From Raillietiella orientalis (Eukaryota), in contig JAYWIR010000055.1 in assembly GCA_036172245.1 (NCBI GenBank), positions 186,001 to 250,000 of the forward strand: a stretch of DNA of 64,000 bases. The letters run 5' to 3'. The notes under the pieces are model-generated. The model was not told where the DNA came from. It did no database searches and was given only the letters and a program-made list of their open reading frames with translations. Made by a program: the position numbers and the translations under genes. Positions 35,001-46,727 of this stretch are shown here, one piece after another; position 1 is the first letter of the stretch; every line of letters begins with the position of its first letter.

Positions 35001-38000
35001 TAGAGAAAAGAGGGGGCTAGGCCGATCGTTGGGTGGCTTCTGTGGAACCCCTCAATCGACGCGGCCTTGGTGAGCATCCCCCTGTGGTTGCAGGGAACCC
35101 CTATCCCGGGTCCATCCTCTGCTTGAGCGCCTCTCCCTTTCCGCGTCTCCTTTTCCTTCTATCTCCCTCCGACTTCGTCCCCTCAACGGGAAGCCGCCAC
35201 GCAGCGGGTCGACCAGCTCCATCTAGGTCGACCCGCTGCGGCGGGAATGCGGCATGGCGGAGACTGACGAAGAGGACACACCCCTCACCTTCTGCTGTGC
35301 GGACTCCTGATGATGATGGTGTTGATCCCCCCCCCTGAACTCCGGCTGCCCCCAGGGACGACTAAGCACGTCCGCACGAGAACCCAGCGCGAAGGCCGGC
35401 TGCGAACTCAGGGAGGCCGCTCACTTGCTCGTCCCGAGTGGGATTTCGCGGGCCCGTGATCCTTCCCGTGTTCCTCTGTGCTCACCGCGCCGTCCCCCCG
35501 GAGTCATGCCAGGAGGGAGGCAGAGACACGCGGGATCTCACAGACCGTTCCATGCTGGCATGGGAGCCGAAGCGCGCTTCCGGGCTCCGGGACTGAGAGA
35601 CAGGGGGACTGAGGGCTGCGGGAACTCGCAGGTCCCGAGAGGAGAGAGCGATGCACCCGGACTCCGCCTCCTCCCCTCCCTTTCCCTCTTAGTGGGGCCT
35701 GCAGAGAGCGAGCGGCAGCTCGTCCAAGCGAAGGACGACGAAAGACGGGGGCCTCCTTGGACACTTCCCCACCCGTGTATCCTCTCCGCAGATGGAGAGC
35801 TGCATGCGCGAGCTGGAGGACAAACGGGAGGAGCTGCGGAATTTGCAGGAGGAGCACCGAGTGGTCACCGAGGAGCTGCTGGAGGTCCGGGACCAGGCGA
35901 GTAGCCCAGCGCGCGTTCCTCGTCTCCCGTCGCTGGAGGGGCGGACGGACAGGACGAGGGAAGAGGAAAGCCCCTCCAGCGGCTTCCTCTGCCCCCTGAG
36001 CCCCCTCAAACGCACCAGGGGCTCCTCCTCCCTGACAAACTCCACAGCGCGTCCCTCGGGTGTTCCCTAGCAACAGAAGACCGCGGCGCTGGAGAAGCTG
36101 GTCGCACGGCGGGAAGACGAGATGAAGCGCGTGGAGTCGACGACGCGGATGGAGATCCGGAGGGCAGTGGAGCAGTCCTCGCTCAGCATGGGCGATGCCC
36201 AGGTCAAGCTCCGGAGAGCCGAGCAGTGGATCGCCGAGTTCCTCAAGTTCGGACCGGTAGGTGGCAGAACCCCCTCTCTCATTCCTCCCCCCTCCCCTCA
36301 TCTCGAGAGGAGGGGCAAGAGCCGCCTCGGAGTGAGAGCGTGCGTCGTCACTCACGCCATCCTCCCTTCCCTCGCTGATGGCAAGGAGCCACCCCCTTCC
36401 GATACGAAACCATGCGCGCCCCCGCCGGAGTCGGCATCGTCCTGAGGAGCGGGAGGAAAGGGCGACGGGAGCAACCCCTTCCTCCCTTCCACGAGTTCCT
36501 CGAATGAACCTCCCTAGTGGAAGGATGGAACCCCCTGCACGAGAAGTCCGCGACGACCACTCACTCATATCCCTGCTTCGTCATTCCCGGGGGCTTTGCC
36601 TTTCCTTCTGGACAGGGGGGGCAGGAGACTCTTGGAAAGGGGCAAGTTGCAGGGTCCGGCCGGCGACCCCTTGTCCGCGAGGGATCCTAGGAAGGGCGCA
36701 GGGCAGAACGCGGCAAAATTACCCCTTTCTCTCCCTTCCACATCGATCTACGCACAAACGCCACGATCACCGGCCGTTCCCCCCGTCCAGATGTCCCACG
36801 CAGGGAACAAGAGAAAGCAAGGGAGAAGGGAGTGAGGAGTCCCGACGATGTCCGCTCTCTAGAGGCGCCCAAGACTATCGACTCCCGCGATCCGCGTGTG
36901 CTTTTTCCCCGTGAGGCGGCTGCCCTTCTCCCTCCTTCACCGGCTTCCTTCGCTACACCCAGCAGAGATGCCTGGCCGCCTCTGCTGGGGCGCACAAAAG
37001 GAAGGAAGGAGACAGGGAAGACGCGGTTGTCTTTGCGTGGACGAGGAGTACTGTTGAAGGAGCCTCGGGTCATCCTGTCATTTTCCAGGCGTTCCTCTCG
37101 CGGTGCCAGGAGCTACACGCGAGAATGGAGGCGTCCCGGGAGGGCGCCCGGCTGCTGGATTCGGACCCGTCGCTCCGGAAGGCTCAGAGCGTCGCCTGCA
37201 ACATCCTCAGCATCTCACGGGCGGACCTGGAGGACATCATGCAAGCAGCGGCGATGGCAGCAGGGTCCGAGAGCCCAAGGGCGTGGACCGACATGGCGCT
37301 CCTCGTGCGCGACTGTCAGGAGCTTCTATCAGACGTGAGTGCAAAGGCATGTGAGAGGCTTCCAGTCCCTTCCCTCCACGCTGGGGAGGGAGTTTATCCT
37401 CATCGAACGGGGTACCCCCTGTCAAGGGGCGGAGCCGCTCCACGAGGGCAGCACCACCTATTACACACCGGCTTCTCGAGGGCGCAGAACGCAGCTGGAG
37501 TGGGGGGTGGGGAAGGGAGAAGTCGCCGTCTGCAGGCATCGCGGCGGCAGAGCCAGAGGTCTCCTCTGGGTCTGCCACCGCGGCGAGCGAGTACTCCGCT
37601 CCGCGACCCCAAAGGCGGCAGGCAGCACCATCCGAAAAAGTGATCTGGCGCTCCATGCCTTCGCATCCTGGATGTTACCTGCGGCAGGGTGGTGCGTGAA
37701 CATGGTGCCACTTCGGAAGCGGTGAGAAGGGGTGGAATTTGCTGGAGACGCCTGTGCGCGCGAGGGTGGTTCCGCGAAGGCACCCGGACAGAGGAGCCTG
37801 TGGTGATTCGAGATCTAGGCGTAGGGAGATCTCCTTCTCTTGGGATGCGAACGAGAAGAACAAAGGCGGCACCTGTAGGGGGAGCCCCTACGAGAGGGCG
37901 GGCGACGAAAGCAAAGGGCCAGGTTTCGGCTTCCTCCTTTCGCAAAAATAAAAAGCACACGGACCGCAGGACTTTTTTTTGCGCACCCTTGGACTCCTCC

Positions 38001-38401
38001 TCTCTCCTTCCCGAGGAGTTTCTCTGACCTCTGGATAAGCTCGGAGCGACCGTTTTTACCTCTGCTTCCTCCTCCCACCTGCTCGCCAAGGAATAGCAGA
38101 CAAAGGAAGCGGACGCCAGTTCTCTCTTTCTGCTGCGCGACCTTCGCACGAGCCCAGACGAGGTGACCGGAAGAACAACCGGGCTCTTGTCCTCCTGCGC
38201 GCGCTCGCACCGCCTTGCGCATCCCCACACCCAGAAGGGGGGAGAATCCGGGGGAGAGCGTAAGGGCGTTGCGGAAAGCCACCCTGACCGCAGTTGTGAT
38301 CCCTCTTCCTTTCTTCCCCGATCCAGGTACCCTTCGCCGAGAACCTGGCGGATTTTTTCGCAGACATCATCCGGACAAGAGTAGCGAAGCTGGAACAGTA
38401 G
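31155..38401 (+). CDS. Multi-exon coiled-coil protein, centlein-like (5' end uncertain)
   Basis: Phase-compatible exons 31155-32090, 32188-32543, 34760-34928, 35792-35884 (or 35896), 36071-36256, 37089-37334, 38327-38401. Heptad-rich protein. C-terminus AQSVACNILSISRADLEDIM...LLSDVPFAENLADFF resembles my recollection of the vertebrate centlein C-terminus. AATAAA at 38463. Confidence 0.7.
31986..32015 (+). repeat. CAG trinucleotide tract encoding polyQ in the coiled-coil gene
   Basis: (CAG)9CAA in frame. Confidence 0.9.
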
Positions 38402-39229
38402 CAGGAGCCTCAGCAATTGGCAGAAGTTGCTCCCCCACTTCCTGGTTCCCTCTCTGTGCGGCAATAAACTTCTCTTCCACTTCATCCTCCCGAATCGAAA
38501 ATTATTGCCGGTGCCAGGAAATGGTGCGCATATAAGCGCAACCTCGTCCTCGTTTGCTAAGCACACCCGGAAGCTCGGGTGGCAGGCAGCAGCTGCCCTC
38601 CGCGCACCTTCCGCCATGATTTACACCTCTCACTCAACCGAGGCCGAACAGAAGGAGCGCCAGCTGGGGGAAACGTCTTCACAGGAGAAGCACCAGAGCG
38701 CGTCTCCGAAAGGGGCGCAGGGCCGGCGCCAGAAGTAGAGCAGGTGACTTCAAGTGGTGCGTGTTGACGCAGGCAGGAAAGCGGCGGTCGACCGTCCGTC
38801 CACACGCAAAAGACGCTTCGGTCGCAATAGTGAGAAGAATCCTTCCGAGGAGTTTCAGCAAAGGGGGTGCGCTGGGGGAGAGAAACAGCGTGTGGACCGT
38901 GCAAGCTCGCCCGTCTTCCCGCTTTACTTCTAGTCCCCTGCCTTCCTCGGCATAGTTTCTGAGGAGCGTCCTTCCTCAGCAAGGTGACCCTCAGCCAGAG
39001 AATACTCACTACCAAATGCTCATGTTCGTGGAAGACCAAATACAAAAAGAAACCTAGGAGGATCCTTTTTTTCATCCACAAGTCCCCCCGTCAAAATAGG
39101 TCGCGTTCGCGACTACACAACCATCACCGAGACTTGATAGCTGATTGACTGTCTGCTTGGGCATGCCAGCATGTTGGCCAACATTACAGGGGGGGTCCTC
39201 CCACACAACTTAAAGGCAGCAACCTCCTC

Positions 39230-39500
39230 TCAGATTGTGTACTTCTTGCATCCCACAGCGTCAGCTGCACCATTTTCCAATTCGGCATGAATCATGGGTA
39301 TTCATGTGCGGATGTATCGGTTTCTCAGAATTCGCAAACGCAAATTATGAGGTGGGTTTCATCGTGAATCGCACATTCACAATGCAAAGAGCATGGAGAA
39401 GGGCAGGCAAAAAGGGAAATGATCACCCACTCACACGCAGTTCCACACATGGAGTGGTCCGGACAACTTTGGATGCTAAAATAGTTTCGTTGATTATCTG
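39230..39500 (+). mobile_element. RTE-like AP-endonuclease remnant at the GC/AT boundary (putative)
   Basis: EVGFIVN and HTWSGPD...VDY resemble the RTE endonuclease motifs GVGFIV and TW.SPD...IDY. A (TAAA)n/poly(A) tract follows at about 39625-39658. Confidence 0.35.
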
Positions 39501-39858
39501 AATTAATAAGAACGAACATCGTGCAAAATGATGAGAGCTGGTAGTAAACGGCAATCTCAAAATTCTGAAGTCATGAATACTACACTGGAGACTTCGTTGC
39601 AACCATGGGCAGGGAGGGGGGGAGAAAATAAATAAATAAATAAATAAAAAAAAAAAAACCCGGTTTCCTAAACTTACTCGCATCGCAGCCAAGCATTATC
39701 CGTAGTTTATGCTGAAATGGTGATTTGCATGTCAAAAGGAAAATTGGGGAGAGATGGCAAAACGCTTCTTCGGAAATGATGGGCAGTTGAAAAATAAAAT
39801 TGCATTGATATTGGAACAAACAAAGGGTATACGATGCAAAATTATTCATAAAAAAAAG

Positions 39859-41633
39859 TCAGATTTTTTTAACAATTTGCACCACATCTTCATCATGTAG
39901 ACAATGGTCTTTCCCAACCTTCTGAGGTTGATGTTTTACTGAGGATCCCCAAACCAAGGCACTAAAATGAAAAAGAATACAATAAAACAATGAGAACGTT
40001 CCAAAAGAATCTCGACCCTATTCATCAGCACTCACTATTTGAATTCACTGATTATTGAGCGATGCAGCTTATTGCAGAAATCCTCTACACTGCATCTATC
40101 TCTAGGAAGTATCACAGGTGCTGCATAATCTGGTAGCTGGGCCTTTGGCTTTGTATAGCTGGACAAAGAAATAGAGGGGCTAATCACACACAAAGTCATC
40201 TTTTACATTCGCATTAGCTGGAGATATTCCCACATTTTGGCCAATAAATCATCCAAGTTCCATTGATGCTGGGCTGAGATGGGTACACAGTGGGGAATTT
40301 TATAGATTATGTCCAATTCCTCGATAGTTATTTGATCTAAAGCAATGACTGAAGTTTCTCTTTAAAGAATTACCATTCACTTACCTATTTTATTCAACAC
40401 ATAAATACATGATATGTACACCCGATTGCCTTCAACAACATCGATCAAATCATCTGTAGTTGCATCATACCTTAACACAACATCAGCGTTGTGTATCTTG
40501 TACTCTGAAAGAATTGTACGCACAACTTCCAGATCCAGTTCTGACTGTGGAATCTATATCTACCCATCAACTCATAAACCTAATCACATAGTTCACTTCT
40601 ACTGACCAAACATTGCAAACTTATTCCACCTTTATCTTTTTTACGAAAACCAATGTTTGGAGGTGATTTATTAAGGCGGATGCCAAAACCTTCCAACTCT
40701 TTTTCCAAAATTTTCTTATCCACTAGCGGTTTTGCCACATCCAAAATCATGTAGATAAGATTACAAGTACGGGCCACTGCAATCACCTGCCGTCCTCTAC
40801 CTTTCCCATCTTTTGCCCCTTCAATAATACCAGGCAAATCCAGCAACTACATGAAAATTAGAGAAGAGACATGCAAAAAATAATTTCATCATGAAATTAC
40901 ATGACAAAGCACAAACTCTTCCCATCAAGTTGCATACCAGCACCTCAACATAATCAGAATAATAAAACTTACTTGTATTTTTGCTCCTCTGTAGGTTATA
41001 CAGCCTGGGACCGTTGTCAGAGTAGTAAATTCATATGCAGCGACCTCAGAGAAAACACCTGCCAAATTTGTAAGTAAGGTTGATTTTCCAACAGATGGGA
41101 ATCCTTCAGAAATTATAGACTGTAAGATTCCCTTCGAATTGAACCCGAGGATTACCGACAAAACCAATCCTTGCATCACCAGTTTTGGCAACATCAAATC
41201 CTTCACCACAACCTCCACCACCTCCTTTTGGGGTAATAAGCTCCCTACGTAATTTTGCCAACCTGGCTTTCAGCAAGCCCAGATGGCCCATCGTTGCTTT
41301 ATTCTTTTGGGTTCTGGCCATCTAGTATTAACAGAATCACACGTGTGAATACTCTAATAAAACCGTCAGTGCACACATGAATGCACAGTGCGATTATTTC
41401 TCCCGGGTTCGCCGAAGCAAACTTTCCGTCCATTTCTATTAAGACTTTCGGTAGAAACAAACAACTCTCTATTTCAGCATAGTGCGCAAATTCGGTGCAC
41501 ACAAATGCACAACATTCGGCAAATAAATATACATGGCGATTCCATATACGGCATATACATGCATAAAAATGGAAGAGTAGGGAACAGTTACCTCGTTCTC
41601 TATTAACGCTATCTTTTCCAGCGTTGTTGCCAT
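39859..41633 (-). CDS. DRG1: Developmentally regulated GTP-binding protein 1 (128up), multi-exon
   Basis: [61 protein letters not shown] and C-terminal [13 protein letters not shown]. Short GT-AG introns. Confidence 0.97.
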
Positions 41634-43423
41634 CGTGATCTTGGAAGGATCCTCACAAACTAATGGTAATGGGCAATGAAATGGTCACACCGTGCGTTCC
41701 GCTTCGGACACCACGTTGTCTTTCCCCGCAGACTGCTATGCTACAAGGAGCTCTCGATGTCGCACAAGCTTACCAAGCTATCCGCCACATTTAACCTTGC
41801 CAAGAATTGCAAGTTCAAATGTGTAATGGGACTAACCAGCACACAATGAAATCGTTAATTCATCAGAATTTCTTATGCTTATTCCTAAAGACCTTATCCA
41901 TAACATGCACAATGAATAGAACTAAGGATCTTTTTCATGCATCCATCGCATCGAAGACCTGCAAGTCTTTGAAAGACAACTTGCATCTCACAAACTTTGT
42001 ATCCTGAATTTGACAAACTCTGACCATCCACATTTGCGTGTGAGCCCTTAATTTTTGATGATACGCGTATTCCTTTCTTCAGTACGTTCAATATATTGTC
42101 TCCACTTTGAATCTGAAACTGCGTGGCATTACATTGCTAGATTAACATGTGGGTGATTCCAGTCTGTAAATCTCAGCCGTTAACGTTGGAAGCATTTCTG
42201 ATGTCATGACGCATATATTGGTATAAATTTGGTTTCAATATGATGGATCGCGAAATACAAACCAGGTGAACAAATTCGAGGTGTTCTTAACTGTTAATGA
42301 AGTAATAATCGGGAAATCGTGTTATAAAGTTTATATTCATGCTAAGCAGCTAATCATCAGTGGAATGGTTCTATTACATTGTGTTCCATGTACCCGTCCA
42401 AAAACAAGTCCTTTCAATTTTCTACTCCACATGGATCCGTCTTTGTGATTTATTAGTCTGATGAAGGCAATTCTTAATGAAAAAAATTTTCTCGAAAGAA
42501 TTCGGATGTTTACGGATAGCTTTCTGTGCTTTAGGAACAATTTCAGGTCCGTGACGCGGTGATAGGCACGAGTAATTCCTAAAGGTAGAATGAATGGGAA
42601 ATTTAACGCAATAAGGCCGTCCGCAATCAAATACTTTTCCCACTTTCACTTCAATAGTCGTAAATTTCGATGATTCTTGCCGCCATTACTTTGCACCTCC
42701 TAATTTTCGTACCTTTTAGGCTATGCAGGTGTTCTTCGTCTTTTAGCACCTCGGTCTTTCCAATTGCAATACCAGCACGCCCTGCACCGAAAACCGCTCC
42801 ACGAAAGTTACTCAGCAATTTTACTTGGCCTTCGTTGCAAACAGGATAGCAGAGGCTGGGCACGGTGACCTTAGAATGGGTTCCTCGCCAAAACGGTGTG
42901 CCACCACCGCCTTGGGACGTTAGCCAAGAACGGACAAGAATTTCCATTTGCACAACCGCGCCGCAAAACGAGGTCTCTGGACGACCCAATCCACTCAAAA
43001 CATGGCGCTCGCATGATCCTTTCCACACAACACACAATTTCCCCCAAGTGTCCTGGAATTTCACAAAAATACCGCTTACTTACACAGAGATTCTCGACAA
43101 AGTTGGGTACAAATGCCAATTCACCACCAATCTAACGGTCATATTCGTGTCGGCCACTTACTCGGAACTCTCATTTCCGTGATAACATAACAAAGGATAA
43201 AATAGAGAACAAAATTCGATGGAAAAGCTGATAGGGAGACTTTATGGTAAATGCTACTGGCCAACAAAAGCATGCACGAAAATGCATAAAGCATTTAATG
43301 GAAACTGATAACAAATATGACGAGATTGCAATGGGAAATATATTTGAGATTATATGTGTTTTAAACTGAACCAAAAAATACGAAAGATTACAGTCCTGAA
43401 ACTGGGTAGAAATAAGGCCTCCA

Positions 43424-46400
43424 TCACGATTTGAGGGCACAAAACTGCCGAAAAACATCCAGGATGTGTACATCCAGATCCGGGGTGAAAAGTAGGGTCT
43501 CCAGAGTATCTCGATATTTCCACACCTGATCCAAATGCTTCACAAAGAAAATAAACAGGGCCATAAAAGTAATATTTACCAAAAGAAAAACTTGTCGCAA
43601 TCTGCCAATCACCCAGTGATACCAGGCAGTATTGAAATCACGTCCATCAGTATCAGAGCGCACCAGATGCTCACTCAATAACATTATAAAACGCTACATG
43701 AACAAAACAAAGCTGCTAAAAGTGTTCCAAAATATTACAAAAAATAACCTGGAAAATCACCAGAAACAAATTCTTCTGATCAGACTGTGCTTGCTCTACA
43801 CGTTCCTCCAGTTTATCAATCATTTCTGGAGTTGGTCGATCAACTTCCATGCTGGGAAGCTTCCCATACTTGGAATGCGGTTCCTCTCCTTCTGAGGGTG
43901 AAGAGTCACTCTCTCCCTGCTGCAGTTTTTCCTGAGCACTTTTCAATTCTTGCTCAAGCTTGATCACATGCTTACTCATTTTACGAATAGTTAAATGAAG
44001 AATGTCCCACACATAGTGTCTACAAAATGAGATAAAATCAAGAACTGTTTGAATACACTCACCTTGTGAATTCACCTGACATATTCTTGGAAAACAGCCA
44101 ATTGGCTATGGCACCACAAGAAATCAGTTGTGCTTTAAGTAATTTATCAACTAGAATGCAAATCATCTGAGGACGCTTTGGCCATACAGAATACAGAGAA
44201 TGAAGCACACACAGCTGTTCTGCCTCAGTGCTAGTGAGTGTCTGTAGTACCTCATAAAATCTGGAGAATGCTGCAAAGGAATGGGACATGCTCTTTGCAC
44301 TCAGCATAAGCAATGTCTGTCCAAATACATCGATGATAAAATGACTATAGGGAAATGTGGAATCAGAGCCATTCAGAACTCCATGGGACTGAGATAATTC
44401 TTGAAGCAGGCTCAAAAGTTCTTTGCAGTTCATGCGCTGGGTTATAGCAGCTTGGATTTTTTGTGCCTCATGATAACCATCTGATTCAGGTTCTGAATAG
44501 CTATAGCATACTTCCCCCTTTGGAGGTGCAAGAGGCAGGAATGCTGGTGGTAGAAAATCCAAAACTCTCTGATGGTAAGAGAGCCTCATGCAGGCTTCTA
44601 GCACTTCTCTCACAAATGCAGGTTGAGGCTGATCTGGATCTTGTTGCAAGCAGTTAGACCAATCCTCCCAACTCCAACGAAATTGAAAATTGCTCAAATG
44701 ATGAGAAAACCAGAGAACAAGACGTGCAACACAGCATGGTTGCATGGTATCTATGCGATCATACAGCAACTCAGCAGCCTGAGCTAATACTTGAGGCAAA
44801 GTACTTGGCTGCAGACGACACAGTTCCATGAGCACAGAAGAATAAAACAACTGGGGATAGACAGAATTGGGCAACTTTAACATCTCTCCTAACAATAATT
44901 CAACAACTGCATAATCCAGTGGCAGCTGATGATGAGGAAGAGCACCCAACAGATGAGCAGCACATTCTTTTCTCTCCCCATGAAATTGATGCAAAATGCA
45001 ACAAAGCTGTTCATCAATCAGATGTCGTTCAATGGCATGTGCACCTGGTAATGGAGGTCCATCTGGACAATCTGTGTAGTCAAATAATCGAAATACAACC
45101 CAAGGAAGAGGATAATTTGTATCTGGGAGATGCACTGGGGGTTGAAATGGAGGCAAGGTATGCTGTAGGGCTTCACACAGAATGCTATCAAATGACTGGT
45201 AAGGGCGCAAAATGTGCTTTTCCTGCCAAAAATCTGCACGTAGCTTGGTCAACTGGGCCCATAAGCAATCTAAATATTCTTCCTGAGGGTGTGGACGATC
45301 TATACTCCAAACTTTTAGCAATGGCACATGTTCTCGAGAACGACAATTCATGTACTGTTCAATCTGAGCAAGAAGACGATCTAATTCTGGTTCCTTCTTT
45401 TCATACAGTTCACGTCCTGCCCAAGGCAATGCACTCATAACACAATAGGCATACCAGTCACAGCGTGCTTGAGGTACATTTTGCTCATTCAGTACTTCTA
45501 ACAGTTTATGAAATAATGCCAACAATGAACCAGCAGATACAACATGACAGTTGACTAGATTGGACAAAAAACGAAGTCCATAACGAGCTTTCTCCCATTG
45601 TCCGTCACGTAACGCCTCTTTCAGATTTTTCATTACCAACTCAACCAGTTCACCACCAAATGCATAGTTTTTCACATTTATGAGACCAACAAGAGTTGCA
45701 TATATTGTGCACTTCTCTGGCATGCGCACAATGCAATCTGCCATAATGTGTAAAATCCGTGGTTTAAAACTTGGCAGATCTGCCTCCAAGACTCCAGCTA
45801 ACCCTTCCAAATTGCTTTGGAGTGAGGAAGTGCTCTAACAGTGTAATCAAGAACTAAAAAGTGACTTTGAAATTTTCATGGAATACCTTCTCTCCAACTC
45901 GCGAAATCAATGACTCCAACCTATCCTGTATTTCTGGTGTTTCTGATGGAATTCTTCTCCTTTTACGGGATCCTGAAAAATAAATACGTCCAAGTTAAAC
46001 AGTCAAAGTTTCAACAAATTGAAAAGAAAACTGCTGGAAAAAATAAAAAATGGTAGTCTACTTATGTTTTCAGCTCTAACACGAGAACTATTCGATTTAA
46101 AGCTGCAAAAAGTATGCAGATCACATCGACACTTTCAAAATGAAAAACTGTTTAAGAACTTTCATCACCAGAATTATGGATGCACTGACTCTACATGAAT
46201 AATCTATGTCATGCTAATGAGTTGCAATCAAGAGATTCTTCAAAACCTCAAGCCAAATCAAAACAAACGGATGCATCATAATAGAAACAATGTTTATGAC
46301 ATAACAGAATCAATTTTTTCATACTGAAAGAATGCGTGATAAAAGTAGTGGACGTGACAGTTGACATCAAGCACTTTCAATAAAACTTCATCCTTTTCCG

Positions 46401-46727
46401 GATCGCATAACAAAAACCTCGAATGATTTGGTTCATTCTATCCAGCAACTTCGAACAAGAACTGAACCCTAGCTACAGCCTGACCAGCCACAAGAATTCA
46501 AACTGAAAAATGAATCTCAGGAGCACACATTTAAAATTCTGCGAGTCTTAGCTTCAAAACACTTTTTCGCAGTTCAACACATGCACTCCGTTTCGTTAAT
46601 GTTCAATATTCCACTTGGCTACTTTGAATGCACGAATGGCATGTATTCCATGTTGTAAATATGCTAGAAAAATTCAAAACCGCTTTTTACCTAGATTGTC
46701 TGAAAAATAACGCTTCTGAGTCGCCAT
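43424..46727 (-). CDS. NCBP1: Nuclear cap-binding protein subunit 1 (CBP80), multi-exon; first exon uncertain
   Basis: SRKRRR...[75 protein letters not shown] and C-terminal [11 protein letters not shown]. Confidence 0.96.

Noticed and set aside
42651..43064. Minus-strand GAVFGAGRAGIAI Rossmann-like motif
   Set aside because: Isolated motif with no further dehydrogenase features or coherent exon chain.
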